A stretch of DNA of 64,000 nucleotides, from the NCBI GenBank assembly GCA_019828565.1, contig JAHDYR010000067.1:807094-871093 (forward strand), given 5' to 3'. This document shows, in pieces, positions 10,363 through 22,400 of this stretch. Origin of the DNA: Carpediemonas membranifera BICM. Its lineage: Eukaryota; Protista; Fornicata. The stretch's first letter is position 1, and every line of letters starts with the position of its first letter. Under the pieces are notes generated by a model that was not told where the DNA came from, made no database searches, and saw only the letters and a list, made by a program, of their open reading frames with translations. The translations under genes were made by a program, and so were the position numbers.

Positions 10363-11499
10363 ATGTCCTTTTGTACGCCAGACAGCTTGCGGTACCTTAC
10401 ACACGTTGCTGATCAGCGTACCGCAAACCCCTGGCGTGGTAAAAGACCTGATTCTGCAAAAAAGACGACCGATAAGGCTCTGAGCCCTGGAAAGACGCGA
10501 AGAATTCCCCGTCCGGCGTCCCCACGCATTCTTGAACTTGCAAGGCCGAAGGTACGTGTTGATTCACGAGTTCGCCCTCGTACATCGATGTCTTCCTTGG
10601 CTATGACGATGCCTCCCATGTCGACGAGGGCCAGAACTCCCCCCACAGCGCCCAGGAGGCCAAAGTCTCCCGGTATTCGCCGCACACCTTTGCTCAATGA
10701 CAGCCAGCCAGTTCGTCTTGAGCGCTCGAACCGTGCAAGCACCACGGACAACAACAACACCAGCCATCTCTATTCCATCAGCCCGACACCCAAGCCTGAG
10801 GCCCGCAGTAGGACACCGCGGTCGTCTCCGCAGCGTAGGCAGGGCATAGCCCGCTCCCCGTCTCTCATGCGCCGCCCCGGGACGCCCTCGAGAGGACAGG
10901 TGCCCGACCGCACCCCCCTCGCTCCTTCCTCGGCTGGTCCGCCCTCATTCTACACCCCCACGGCGACTATGAAGCCTTCATCCGCCCCTTCATGGGATGA
11001 GATGTATCTCCGGGTACACACTGGCCCTGCCCCGTCGAAGTACCTCCCCAACGACCTTCCCCTCAGCCAAAGGCACCGCGCCATGTCGCCCTCGGTTCCG
11101 CACGACGACAGGGTCAAGTACTTCGTCAACAAGACCGTGACCCCCGGCCCGCCCCGCAAGATCATCTCCGACACTGCCGTCAGACGCCGGGCGGCTAGAT
11201 TTGACATGCACAGCGGTGTCAAGCGTGAGCCCTTCGCTGTACCCAAGGAGCGCCGTAACAACACGACTTACGCCGACCCCGACCGTCTCGACCCCTCTCT
11301 GACTCGGCCCAAGTCGTCTCGGCCCGTCGTCCAACGAGATGACCGCGACAAATACCTCGTCAAGTATACCGACTCGCCCGGCCCTGCATATGTCATCAAG
11401 GACACCACGAGCAGCCGTTGCAGGAACACGGGCGGCCCTCCTGGTTATCGCCCAGGCGTCCGCAACACACTGAGCTGGGTTTACTCACCAATGCGCTAA
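10363..11499 (+). CDS. Pro/Arg-rich protein with SHIPPO/ODF3-like PGP repeats
   Basis: GPAPSKY, TPGP and SPGPAY motifs. A 5' intron is possible (GTATGT at 10361). Confidence 0.5.
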   Translation: MSFCTPDSLRYLTHVADQRTANPWRGKRPDSAKKTTDKALSPGKTRRIPRPASPRILELARPKVRVDSRVRPRTSMSSLAMTMPPMSTRARTPPTAPRRPKSPGIRRTPLLNDSQPVRLERSNRASTTDNNNTSHLYSISPTPKPEARSRTPRSSPQRRQGIARSPSLMRRPGTPSRGQVPDRTPLAPSSAGPPSFYTPTATMKPSSAPSWDEMYLRVHTGPAPSKYLPNDLPLSQRHRAMSPSVPHDDRVKYFVNKTVTPGPPRKIISDTAVRRRAARFDMHSGVKREPFAVPKERRNNTTYADPDRLDPSLTRPKSSRPVVQRDDRDKYLVKYTDSPGPAYVIKDTTSSRCRNTGGPPGYRPGVRNTLSWVYSPMR

Positions 11500-11663
11500 T
11501 ATGTAAAATTACCGTCAATGTATCGTTAAGTCGGGTAGATCGGCAGAAGTAACTGCAGCTGTGGTGGGTTTGAGCGACCTACGGCTGCCGTCGGCAACTC
11601 TAAACTTGGGTACCACTGTGGTATTTATAAACAAGCTTGGACTAATAGATATATATACAGTGC

Positions 11664-13901
11664 TCAGCTGGCGTCAGATTTCACCAACAGCGACATCTGA
11701 TGCTCGAGGGTTCTATTAATTGCCGCGACAGCCCCGAGTGTGTCATCCAACGCGTTTTCATGGAACAGAAGCTCGGCGAGAGGCCTGACAATGAAGCTGA
11801 TGAACCCAACCTGGCACCGGGCGGGCTCGGGGTTGGCCCTGTCATGGAACTTCTCCATCTCGAGGCCATGGGCAATCTCCTGGTCGCCCTGGAAGTAGAA
11901 TTCCTCCTGAACCCTGCGGCCCCACTCCACTGCAACGTCCAGGGCCCTGGCTGGGTTGAAAACGTCACAGCAGACCATGAGAAGACGATAGCAGTCCATG
12001 GGCAGGCTCTTAGGAGCCGGGTTCCATGGCTGACTGGTTCTTAGCCGAGCCCTGAGGCGGTCCAGGAGGCTCATGTTGGCACCAAGGTCTGTGACGAGGA
12101 CCATGTTCACGACAACAGACCGGAAACGTCGGAACTGAGCGTCGTCGGACCTGATCGTCGAAAGGATGTCAGCGGCGGGGTTGGTGGTGATCTGGAAGGC
12201 TACGAAGGCGTGGTAGTTCTCCAGGGGCGACTGGTCGTTGTACGTCTTGGCCAGGTCGTCACCCGTTCTGTTCAGGAAGAGAGACGAGAGACCGCGGTGG
12301 CCTGCATCGTGAGTGATGGCTGCAAACACACATGCGAACACCTCTATAGGGCTGAGGCGTCTGTTCTCGGGCCGTGTGAGCAGCAGGAACATCATCTGGA
12401 GGACGTCTGCGGCGTGCTGCTCGTTATGGTAGGGCAAGTCACTGTAGTGGGAGACCACCTCGTCCATGAAGCAGTCCAACGTGTCCCGGTCGATGGAGAA
12501 CGTGTGGATCAGATCCAGGGCCTCGAATACGGTGGTAGAGACGACCTTGAGGGGTGATTGGGCATGTTTGGCAAGTTCGAACACATCAAAGTTGATGCTG
12601 TCGATCATGATGGGGGCCTCGTCGATACTGTCCTCGTGTTGGAGCTGCAGCGCCATGTTCCTGCTGAGCGGACTTTTCACGCCAATTCCAGGAGACAACG
12701 GGGTTAATGGCCGGTCGAGGTTCGACATGCCGCTATGCTCCGTGTAGGAGAAGCCGCGGGTCTCTGAGTCTGTCATGTACTCGGACGGGAACCAGGTCCA
12801 GAGCTCGTTGTGGAGTGAGCGATCGAGGTGGGTCCGGCCGATTCCGATGTCCGTCAGGATGCTGTCAATGTCGCCGAGGACGTCACCATCAACAACGTCC
12901 AGGGAACGGACACGCTGGACGACACCGGCCAGACGTTGGACGGGCGTGGCCTTGACGGTCTCGTCGAGCTGCGACAGTTCACGGCGGAGTCGTCCCAGCT
13001 CGTTCTCGACAACCCTGTGGAATCGGGTGGTGCGGGTCAGCTGGGCCTTGGCTATGGCCGCTCTTAGACGCTCTGTGGTGGTCTTTCCAGCAGCCTTTGC
13101 GATGATCTCGATTGACGAGCGAAGTGCGGCAATTTCTATCGATGACTTGCTCGTTTCTTTGCTCATCAAGCTCTTCAGCTTGGACAAGTCTGGGAATCCA
13201 GCCCATGCCTCCTCGTTGAACTCTGCTGGCGACATCATTGACATGAGCCAATAAGAGATGGTATGGCCAGAGGCGGTGATGGGTGTAGCGATCATTGTAA
13301 TGCCGCTTTCATTCACAACCGTGGCAATGGACTCATTGCCCTTACCGAGCGACTGGATGAGGTCCTCGCGCATCTGCTTGGCGATGGCACGGCCTTGATC
13401 GGATTTCATCATTAGCTGGTAGATGGGGTGTTCGTTGAACGGGCCCACAATGGTGGTGCCGCTCAACGCTATCACCCTGGAAGAGACCCCCATCATCGTA
13501 GCGAGCTTTGCGCAGAGCGCTGAGAGGTATGCAAGGTCGACGATCTGGGAGGCAACCCATGATTGGCCAGAGAAGTGGAAAACGCCAATAGGATCCTGGG
13601 ATCCTCCTTCATCGAACATTATCTCCACGTCTCTGGTTGTAGACTGGCTCGAGAAGCTATCGTTCATTGAGTGGGTTAAAGATGTGTTGTTCGCCGAAGA
13701 TGTGAAGAACTCGTGACGATATGAACTGGGAAACACGTTTTCAGCATTAGAAATAGCGTCCAGCTGCAAAGATGGACAGCTAGGCAGCGTTGTTCGCATG
13801 AACCGAGACGAATCGGCTGAGGCTGACTTTCCTCGGAGTCTGAAAGATTGCATGACCGCATCAAAGATTGCACAGATGGCCGTTCGCCTCGCCCAGGTCA
13901 T
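11664..13901 (-). CDS. Class I cyclic-nucleotide phosphodiesterase with N-terminal PocR-like sensor domain
   Basis: YHNEQHAADV, HDAGHRG, PLENYH, TDL, CDVFNP, EF..QGD.E, QVGFI. Confidence 0.93.
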   Translation of the reverse strand: MTWARRTAICAIFDAVMQSFRLRGKSASADSSRFMRTTLPSCPSLQLDAISNAENVFPSSYRHEFFTSSANNTSLTHSMNDSFSSQSTTRDVEIMFDEGGSQDPIGVFHFSGQSWVASQIVDLAYLSALCAKLATMMGVSSRVIALSGTTIVGPFNEHPIYQLMMKSDQGRAIAKQMREDLIQSLGKGNESIATVVNESGITMIATPITASGHTISYWLMSMMSPAEFNEEAWAGFPDLSKLKSLMSKETSKSSIEIAALRSSIEIIAKAAGKTTTERLRAAIAKAQLTRTTRFHRVVENELGRLRRELSQLDETVKATPVQRLAGVVQRVRSLDVVDGDVLGDIDSILTDIGIGRTHLDRSLHNELWTWFPSEYMTDSETRGFSYTEHSGMSNLDRPLTPLSPGIGVKSPLSRNMALQLQHEDSIDEAPIMIDSINFDVFELAKHAQSPLKVVSTTVFEALDLIHTFSIDRDTLDCFMDEVVSHYSDLPYHNEQHAADVLQMMFLLLTRPENRRLSPIEVFACVFAAITHDAGHRGLSSLFLNRTGDDLAKTYNDQSPLENYHAFVAFQITTNPAADILSTIRSDDAQFRRFRSVVVNMVLVTDLGANMSLLDRLRARLRTSQPWNPAPKSLPMDCYRLLMVCCDVFNPARALDVAVEWGRRVQEEFYFQGDQEIAHGLEMEKFHDRANPEPARCQVGFISFIVRPLAELLFHENALDDTLGAVAAINRTLEHQMSLLVKSDAS

Positions 13902-14094
13902 TCGCCGGTCCCTCTGGGTGGATGTCTGCTTCGCTAGGCCGCCGTTTAGTGCTCATGAGGACATCGCCCATGTGAGTCTTGCATGACTTGCATCGTCGCC
14001 CAGTGCCAGTTGCCGCGATGGTCATGGATTGCACACCATCTACATGGTTCATAGCATAAGTTCACACCATCATCCCATCATTCCAACATTTATG

Positions 14095-14889
14095 TCAACC
14101 TTGTAGCTGACCGACCAGCGCTAGGCCCAGTTGTGCGATACCCATACCCTCATTGCTGCTACTATCACTCTTGAGCTGGTCATAGATGGGGATCACCACG
14201 TACTGCAACAACAGCCAAAGAGCGGGGGCAGCAAAAGCGACAGAAACCCACGCAACCAAACCGATCAACACAAGCAGCAGGACGACCCACAGCTTGGCGT
14301 TCCGGACCCACATCGTCCGCTTGACCCGCCGCGTCTCCGTGTGGAACATTCGGGCGTCCACGGCGAGGGAGTTGGCCCGGTCGTCGAGCTCGTCCAGGTT
14401 CTCCCCACGACGGATGAGCGTGTCGATGTTGGAGTGCATGATGCCCTTGATGGCGTCGGTCTCGGTCTTCAGAGCCTCGAGGCGGTCGACGTTCTCGATG
14501 ATGTCATACTTGGAGGCGATGGAGGAGAGCACTGGCTTGCACCTGCTATTCAGGCTGTTGCGCTGGGCATCAGCCACGCTGTTCCCGATTCGGGCGGTGA
14601 ACGAGTCCTTGAGCTCGTTCAGCATCCTGAAGGCTGTTCGCTGGGGGTATGAGGGCGCGGTCACTACGAAGAAGGCGCAGCTCGCGGTTGTGTCGTAATG
14701 TATGGTGCCGACATCGCGGCTAGTGATCGTGAGGCGACTTCTCTCATTGAACTTTGAAGCTGAGATCACCTTCTCGATCAAGGAGGGGTAATCAGCGCCA
14801 TCCAGCTTGTATGACGTATGAGAAGCGATGATCTGTTGATCGTCGCGCTTTCCAATTGCAATGTAACGAATGTTACCGGTTGAAACCAT
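14095..14889 (-). CDS. VAMP7: Longin R-SNARE (VAMP7-like)
   Basis: Longin domain (YP.R.AF..L), SNARE motif NID.LI.RGE.LD.L, C-terminal TM segment. Confidence 0.88.
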   Translation of the reverse strand: MVSTGNIRYIAIGKRDDQQIIASHTSYKLDGADYPSLIEKVISASKFNERSRLTITSRDVGTIHYDTTASCAFFVVTAPSYPQRTAFRMLNELKDSFTARIGNSVADAQRNSLNSRCKPVLSSIASKYDIIENVDRLEALKTETDAIKGIMHSNIDTLIRRGENLDELDDRANSLAVDARMFHTETRRVKRTMWVRNAKLWVVLLLVLIGLVAWVSVAFAAPALWLLLQYVVIPIYDQLKSDSSSNEGMGIAQLGLALVGQLQG

Positions 14890-15222
14890 TCACTACTTAA
14901 TCGATGCCATGATCGTATGCGGAACGCGTATTCGTATTCGCATGAAAGAATGGTAAAGTGCGATCGACCAATATCGTGTCAATGCGGGGCTGTACGGGGG
15001 CTAAAGCATGTATAGAAGCATATCAGCTCTGTCCTCGCCGAGGGTAGTCAAAGGTCCGCTGGCTGGGGTGAACAAACAAATGTGTGAACCGGAGCAATTG
15101 CATGTCTATCTCAACTGTGTGACAGCGCAGCCGCGGAGGCCGCTGGGATGTGAGGACAGTCAATTTGCAATTATTGGGACGACGACGAGTTCTCAAAACA
15201 TCATCTCAACACATCTTTCCGA

Positions 15223-15729
15223 ATGAAAGCAAGCGACAGTAGAAATGATGAGTATTCTCGGTTAGTTGTTCACTCCCCTTTTGGCTTTCTCACAATCACT
15301 GCCGTTGACGGCGAAATAGTCATGCTTGAACGTTCCGGAGACCATGAAGCATTCGACGGCGTTTCTTCAGACGAACTGATCTTGCACAATGCATCCACGC
15401 AGCTTGGTGAATATTTCTCTGGGAAACGAGAGGTCTTTGATCTCAAGTTCAATCCATCCGGGACCGAGCACCAGCGCCGCGTCTGGGAAGCGATGCAAGG
15501 CATCAAACTTGGTCAAACCATGACGTATGGCGAGATTGCAGCCCAGCTAGGCTCATCCGCCCGAGCAGTGGGGGCCGCTTGTGGGAGGAACCCAATACCC
15601 CTGATGATCCCGTGCCACAGGGTCGTCGGGGCGGCTGGGCTGGGGGGGTACTCGTGGTCTGGCGGTGTTCAGACCAAGGAGAAGCTGCTGGACTTCGAGA
15701 GCAGGCGTGACCCGTCAGTTTTCGACTAG
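15223..15729 (+). CDS. ogt: Methylated-DNA-protein-cysteine methyltransferase
   Basis: SPFG, QL.EYF.G.R..FDL, TYGEIA, RAVG.AC..NP, PCHRV active site. Confidence 0.96.
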   Translation: MKASDSRNDEYSRLVVHSPFGFLTITAVDGEIVMLERSGDHEAFDGVSSDELILHNASTQLGEYFSGKREVFDLKFNPSGTEHQRRVWEAMQGIKLGQTMTYGEIAAQLGSSARAVGAACGRNPIPLMIPCHRVVGAAGLGGYSWSGGVQTKEKLLDFESRRDPSVFD

Positions 15730-15837
15730 CGAGCTCCGGCCACTCAGCCAACCTTATGCAGCCATTATTCCTTCTTAAACTTGCAGCCGCAGCGCTGATT
15801 TATCAGAGATCATCAGTCCAACATAAATTGACACCAC

Positions 15838-17220
15838 TCAGCGCACATCCATGAAGTTATGTGTTACGACAGACCTGATCTGGGACAGCAGCATCTCGGG
15901 CTCGAGCCCATGATCCGCCGCCTTCAGCACGATCGTCCTCATAGCCTCAGCATCCACAGTAGACCTCCTGATCGCCTCAGCGGTCATGTCTATCTGCTCA
16001 GCCAGGTCCTCGTCCTCAAACGTCGTATAAACCGCCGTCCCGACCCCCGCCAGCATCAGTGCCGCCAGCTGGATGCCCGCCTTGGCGTACGGGTTGCCGT
16101 TAAAGGCCCCACATCCCCAGTTACCGGTGGCTACCGCCGTGGGGAAGGGGACCTTTGCCTCCACGACCATGGCCTCACCTGCCACATGGAGCCGGGCTGA
16201 GGGCAGCGAGGCCACGTACGGGGTGGGGAGGAAGCCAATCGTGGCCTTCGTCAGGTCTCGTTTGGTCGACCCGACCCCGAATGTGCGGTGGTGGGCAGAG
16301 AAGTAAATGGCATCAATGGCTATCATGCTAGTGGCGAGCAGGGTCAAGGTCTGGCCAGCAATGGTCAGGCTGCACCCAGGTGGGACCGCTCTATACGGCC
16401 CGGCGAAGAGGGTGTCGTGTGAATAGCCTCTGTGCGCGGCATACCTACGATAGCCACTCACAACAACGGCCTCGTCGGCCTTCATGCTCTGGCACAGCAG
16501 CATGGTCAGCAGCAGCTCGGGGTGAGTGGCGAACATGATCTCCTCCTGCACGCACCCGTGGCCAAGAACACCGCCGCCCAGGTGCTTGTTCGCAAAGTCG
16601 ACGTGGGCATGGCCTGCAAGGTCGAAGATGGACTCCTGGGCACTCGCCCGGACCCTGGTCTGGGTATGGGGCGGCAGGGGGAGTCTGGCCCGCCGGGAGT
16701 AGAGCACTACGGGCCCGGGCAGGTCCCCACCGACCCAGGCGTCGAAGTAGGCGAGGATGCTGAGCATCTTGGCAACCTGGCTCTGCTCAGGTCTGCTATC
16801 CATCAGTCTCAGTAAGTTAAGCCCTCTAGGCCCGGCTTGCTGCTGAGGCAGGATGCCGAACAGAGAGCACGCCAGGACGCCCGCGACGATGTGGGATGGG
16901 ATTGCAACGAAGTCATTGACCTCACCCTCGTGTCTAAGTAGCATAGGGATCTTGGTGTCCGGCGGAATCGCCCTGATGAGGCGCTTGAGGGTCGGGAGGG
17001 TGTGCTCGATGAAGAAGATCTGGTCGTGACACTCAACGGCCTTGATGAACGTGCTCAGTGTCCACGTCTCTTGTTGGTGATTGATACTACCCCAGAGTGC
17101 CACAAAAGACAAGAATGAGTCCATATCCTGTGTGAATTGACGACGACATGTCTCAAACGCGGATAGAATCCAGCCCCTCGTTAATGTGAGGCCACACTGC
17201 CACTGAGTTTCCCTCTTCAT
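15838..17220 (-). CDS. PARG: Poly(ADP-ribose) glycohydrolase
   Basis: VDFANKHLGGGVLGHGCVQEEIMF and ATGNWGCGAF signatures. Confidence 0.95.
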   Translation of the reverse strand: MKRETQWQCGLTLTRGWILSAFETCRRQFTQDMDSFLSFVALWGSINHQQETWTLSTFIKAVECHDQIFFIEHTLPTLKRLIRAIPPDTKIPMLLRHEGEVNDFVAIPSHIVAGVLACSLFGILPQQQAGPRGLNLLRLMDSRPEQSQVAKMLSILAYFDAWVGGDLPGPVVLYSRRARLPLPPHTQTRVRASAQESIFDLAGHAHVDFANKHLGGGVLGHGCVQEEIMFATHPELLLTMLLCQSMKADEAVVVSGYRRYAAHRGYSHDTLFAGPYRAVPPGCSLTIAGQTLTLLATSMIAIDAIYFSAHHRTFGVGSTKRDLTKATIGFLPTPYVASLPSARLHVAGEAMVVEAKVPFPTAVATGNWGCGAFNGNPYAKAGIQLAALMLAGVGTAVYTTFEDEDLAEQIDMTAEAIRRSTVDAEAMRTIVLKAADHGLEPEMLLSQIRSVVTHNFMDVR

Positions 17221-17852
17221 CGTTCATCTCGAACTCTGGTGACATAGGAAGCAACACATAGGGACCTATCGCCATCGTGGAGCCGGGCTGTCATAAAATG
17301 CGTTCTGGTCAGCCAGAGTTAGCAAGAGCCTACTCGTGTCTCTCAGCGTGTTTCTTAGCTCAATAAAAACCATTTGAATGTGCTTTGACAATCAGACCAT
17401 TATGGAAACTAGGGTCCTATGTGCGCAGAATTGCAACACCATTCACCTGCTTTGCAATAAGGCCATGCACAGGCTCTTGAAATGCAAAACATATATGGTT
17501 CCGAAACTGAATCTCCCGCGAGTCGGCCAAGTTGAGATCGCGAAACGACGGGCCATGCCACGAAAAGCCGTGGCTACAAAGCCTCAGAAGCGAGACGCTG
17601 AAGATGTCCCCTTATCTGTGAGCATACTGGATTCTTTTTCACACTACGGCGCTCTAGCCGATACTGTTATGCTCACAACCCCGATTCCTTCCCAACTAGA
17701 TGACGATGTCGTTCAGTCTAACGTAGTTTCTATTGTTCGTCCCAAACCCCGCGTTCACGTAGGATATCAAGACTGCTGTCCCATCTGTCCTGGGGCCCTC
17801 GGGTTCCTTCACCAGAAAGGCCCATAGCCACCTTAAAACCCGCCTCGATGCG

Positions 17853-18821
17853 ATGGATAGCACCGTTAAGGGCGTAGCCGAGATTCTTATGGGCTCTCTG
17901 GCCGACGAGTGCTGGGTGAGCGAGGACGCCTTTGGCACCATCCCCCCGATGGCCAGAGGGAAGCTCTTCGTCGCCAGCATGCGCGCCAAGAAGGCTATCC
18001 AGGAGCGTGAGAGCTCGATGCCCCTGTGCCCCGACTACGGAGCCATGCTTGAGCTGCTCGGGTCCATCTCGTCCAGCCGGGTCCGCCCCGGCCTCGGGTG
18101 GGCAGCGGAGTCGGTCCTGCCGCCCGTACTCTTCGTTGGTATGGCCGCCCACTTGTTCAGGATAGACCGCCCCGCTGTCGCCTTCGCCGATGTTGCGGAG
18201 ACTGGCCTCGACGTCGTCGTCAAGGCCCTCGCCCTCGCCGCTGATCCGGTCATCCGTGCCGCCGGAGTCGACCCCACGTGCGCTATGGTGGCCCGTAGAG
18301 CCGCAGAGTCCCTCGAGGCCCTGCTGGCGGCCGCCCCCGCTGATGTCCGGGCCGACTACGACGCAAAGCAGCTCGCGGCGGCTGTCGCCGAGGGCGTGTC
18401 CGAACTCCCACCCCTGCTCCAGGCAGAGGTCGTTCGTGTGATCTGCGTCGGTCCAGAGGGCCTCGGAGTCAACGCAGTGCTCAAGCGCGCGGCCAAGGAC
18501 ACTGTCGTCAGGCTCGCCGGTGTGGGTGTCACCGACACACGCGAGGTCGCCCGGCACATGGCTACCCGCTTTGCCAAGATCCGGGGCGACTTCCGGGACA
18601 CTAAGACGGACTTCCTGTTGACCCAAGAGATCCAGACACTGGCGGACGACCTGTACGTCGCCCTCACGGCCCTGACGTGGTTCCTGACCTCGGACCAGAC
18701 CAGCAAGGTGTGCCGGGCCCTGCTTAAGGTGTACCAACAGGACCGGCAGCTGCTGAGTCCCCTCCAGCCCCTGTTCCGCCTCATCGACGCCGGGATCAAG
18801 TGCGAGCATGCCCAGGGGTAG
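17853..18821 (+). CDS. Hypothetical alpha-helical protein (upstream exons likely, from ~17556)
   Basis: Long ORF with host-like codon usage; no family recognised. Confidence 0.6.
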   Translation: MDSTVKGVAEILMGSLADECWVSEDAFGTIPPMARGKLFVASMRAKKAIQERESSMPLCPDYGAMLELLGSISSSRVRPGLGWAAESVLPPVLFVGMAAHLFRIDRPAVAFADVAETGLDVVVKALALAADPVIRAAGVDPTCAMVARRAAESLEALLAAAPADVRADYDAKQLAAAVAEGVSELPPLLQAEVVRVICVGPEGLGVNAVLKRAAKDTVVRLAGVGVTDTREVARHMATRFAKIRGDFRDTKTDFLLTQEIQTLADDLYVALTALTWFLTSDQTSKVCRALLKVYQQDRQLLSPLQPLFRLIDAGIKCEHAQG

Positions 18822-19426
18822 CACCTCGTTGTCGCCCCTAGATAAACCTCAGGCCGGGATCCTAGCTATACTGTGTGATGTTATGAAGTGTCTGTGATTC
18901 GATCGTTCACGGTCCTGACGGTCTACTCGGGCAGGTCAATTCTTATTGAGAGATTTTATTGGGAGATATTTGCCGTAAATTCTCGGGGCTAACCTTGGTT
19001 CTGTGTCGGCCAGGACTAAAGCCAACCTGCTCGGCCGAACATTTCTCGAAGAGCCTTCTAAGCAGTGAACTCAGATGCCGAGCTTCAGCAGGGTCTCATA
19101 TGCATGATGGAAGGGGCAGAACCATCGGATGTACCGCTGCAGCAGGTATAATATCGCGATGGCCCCGATACATAAATGTCTACCGAACAAAATTCGCCCA
19201 GCTACGACAACCAAAATGTTTGGCAGCCCAATCACACCGCCGGTGGATCAGGAGCAGTCACGCGGCGGAGTCGTCATCATTTAGCCAGCCCAGTTGAATT
19301 GTTCTTCTGGTCTCAGCCCAACGACCCCCACCGCCTCTTGTGCCCGGCTTCGACACGAGGCTGTCCCGAAGCCAGAGATAAACACTGACCCCCGATTCTT
19401 GAAAACATGGACCGCACTAGCTTGCT

Positions 19427-22400
19427 TTACTTCATAATAACTGCCAACTCACCCACAATCTCTTCCAGCTCAGTCTTGGCCGTCGCCTCCTTCTTCGTGG
19501 CATGCAGCAAGTCCTTCTGGAGCTTGTCCACAGTCGCCTTGGCCCGCTGTATCTGATTCTGGATCATCTGCAGTGACGTCGTACTGACCTCGGCAAGGGG
19601 ATCGTTCTCGTGCCCTTTCACCTTCTGGTACTTGCGGGTCAGGTAAGCAACAGTGTTGTTGTGCACGGTGATCTGCTCCTTGATGCGGCCTAGCTCCTCA
19701 CCAGCGGTGTCGAGTGCGGTGATCGCTGCCTGCTTCTTCGAGGCAAGCTCGGCGATCTGTTTCCGCTTAGCACTCTCCGCCTTGGCGATGGCCGCCTTCT
19801 CACGTTTCCGCTTCTTCAGCATCTCCTTGCGCTCCTTTTCTCTCTCCATCTCGGCCTCTTCCTGGGCTGCACGCTCGGCCTTGAGCAGTGCGAGGCGCTC
19901 CTTCATCTCCTGTGCGTTGCGACGGTGGGCCGCGTCCCTCCGACGCTTGAGCTCTGCCTCCCTCTTCTCGGCCTCCTCGCGCTCCTCCTCGAGCCGCTTC
20001 AGATGCTGCACGTGAGCGCTCCCCCCCTTCTTCTCAGCCTGCCGCTCCAGGAACTTGTGGTAGTTGAACGGCGCGCTCTGCGGCGCGTTCTTCCGCTGCC
20101 GAGGCTCTGTCTTGCTCCTAGTGGACGGCGAGGGCTTAGTACTGGCCGCGGCGCTCAGGATCCTATCATTCACGGCGACCCACTGGGCCCTGGTCTCGTC
20201 AATCCCAGAGGGCGCGGTCGGCAGCCTGTGGTCGTGCACCTCCTCGGGCGCCGGCTCGACTGGGTCAAACCCGTCGCTGGGGATCTCCTCGATGTCACTC
20301 CAGTCAAAGTCGTCAACTTCGTACTCCTCGAGCTTCTTGGTATAGTCCTCGGGCAGCTGGGCATTCGGGTCGTCCGCGAGAATGACGTTGAGCCTGGCAA
20401 TCTCAGCCTTGATGGCCGCAGCCTCTTCGGGTCCGGGGCGTGCGGAGGGGTCCTCGCTGATCGTCCTCGACCTGTTCATGCGCTCCTTGACCCGCTCACG
20501 GGCTGCCCGCTGCATGCGGCGCTTGCGGAGCTGCTGCTTCTCCTTCTCCTCCTGCTCGGCCTTGAGCTTGGCGTCCCGGGCAGCCTTGATCTTCTGGAGT
20601 TCCTCGTCCCTCTTTGCGAGCCACTTGCGGTGCTCCTGGCGTTTCCTCAGGAGCTGCGCCTTCTGCTCGGGACTGGGCTCAAGGACGCTCAGGGGTGTGC
20701 CTGCGGACGGCACGACCGGCTGACCTGGCGTCGTAGGGATTGGGGTGGGCTGCTGTTCAGGCAGGGCCGGCGTGCTCTGGACGACGCCCGAGAACAGGGC
20801 GTCCTTGGGAGAGGGCCAGGACTGCTTGGCAAGCTGTTCCGTCAGTGCGAGATACTCTCGGCCGGGTGCGGGGAACTCGGAGGTCGGCCGGCCGTGACAA
20901 AGCCAGTACGCCGATTGCCCACCGAGCACATGAACTAGCCAAGTGTGGTGAAGACGACGAATGGAATCCAGCTGGGACTCGGGCGTGTCCATACGACCAG
21001 CCATGACGCCCTCGAGGACGGTGCCGATGAAGGGCAGCGGGCCGCACGGAGCTCGAGCTGTGTCGATCTCTGCGGGCGAGATGGGGACCGCGATGGCCTC
21101 GACCAGACCTACGAGGCCGGCAGGAGTGGGGCCATCCGACGTCTTGGCCAGGTCAGCGAGGGAGGACTCGAGCACAGTCGTGAGGCGACGGAAGAGGGCT
21201 GAGTCAGTGTCTGTGATGTACGTCGACAGGAAGCCGAACTCTTTGGCCAGCAGGCCCAGCACCTCCTCCTGCCTGACAGTCATCCCCTCGGGAACGGCGT
21301 CTGGAACTCCGGCACTCTGGAAAGCAGCCATCAGGGCGGCGCGTTTGATCCGGTCGATTCGAGAAGCTGTGTCAAGCGAGATGAAGCTGGCGAGTGTGCG
21401 GCGGACAAACTCAGCGAATACTTCGAGCACGGCGTCGTCGGACTTGTGCGTGATGACCGCCGTGAAGATCGCCAAAAGTGCCAGCTCGTCAAACCGTGCG
21501 GATGCCGCTGGCTTCGTCGTCCGGGCCACCGACATGCGGCTGGTCGACCGGCTTGGGGGGGCCTGGGCCTTGGGTGGAATTAGCACCAGATCACATAGGG
21601 CGGGCAGGAGCTGGGTCACGCTGGACGAGGGCACACCCGTGTGGCCGACACATACGAGGGATAGGGCGATGGAGCGGTCAATGATGGAGTCAAAGGGAGA
21701 GGGCCGGCCCGCCTCCAGCTTGTCAGCGTGAGCAGTGAGGATCTCCGCAAGAACATCGAGCAAGGCGCCGACCGGGAGGTCAGGGTGGCGCTTGAGGGCG
21801 ATGGCGATCGACTCTGTGATCCTGGCGAACCGAACAGGACACCCAGTGAGGTGGGTGAATGTACCAAGGATCATAGGCCAGAGGAGGAAGGCCAGACGGG
21901 ACGATTCCTCCATGGAGAACGTCAGGAGCCCAAACATGTTGCTGATGGCCAGCAGGGGCGCCTGCAAAGCAGCGCTAGGAATACTCTCGGCGATCGGAGC
22001 GGGTGGCAGTATTGAAGCACGCGATACAAAGTCAGCAGCCCGGTGGTCGAGGGGCACGGCCAGTGCTGTGAACACAAGGAACTTTAGGCCTGCAATATCG
22101 GCCCGGATGCCTGCCTTGTCCGTCTCGTCGACGTCGATGGAGGCCATGTGGAGCATGTTGGGGAAGAGGGCCAATACGTCGGTCACTACCTGCACAGCAA
22201 GCAGCAGCGCCTGATTGTCAGCTGGGGTAACCGCCAGACACGCAGCTACAATGCGGGCGACGCCGTCAACGCTGTAGTTCGTCGGTTCAGGTGCGCTCTC
22301 TGCCTGGTGGAGCTCGTGGATGCGAGGGAGGACGGCGTGGACCGCAGCGAGGGCTGGGGCGCTGACCTCGTCCATCAGGAGTCGGGAAAGGATGGTCAGA

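Noticed and set aside
15223-17220. Adjacent OGT and PARG as a DNA-repair cluster
   Set aside because: Convergent neighbours with no shared promoter; chance is sufficient in a dense genome.
19176-19388. 70-aa ORF between genes (also 39516-39743 and 49422-49919)
   Set aside because: No recognisable domain; cannot be supported without expression data.
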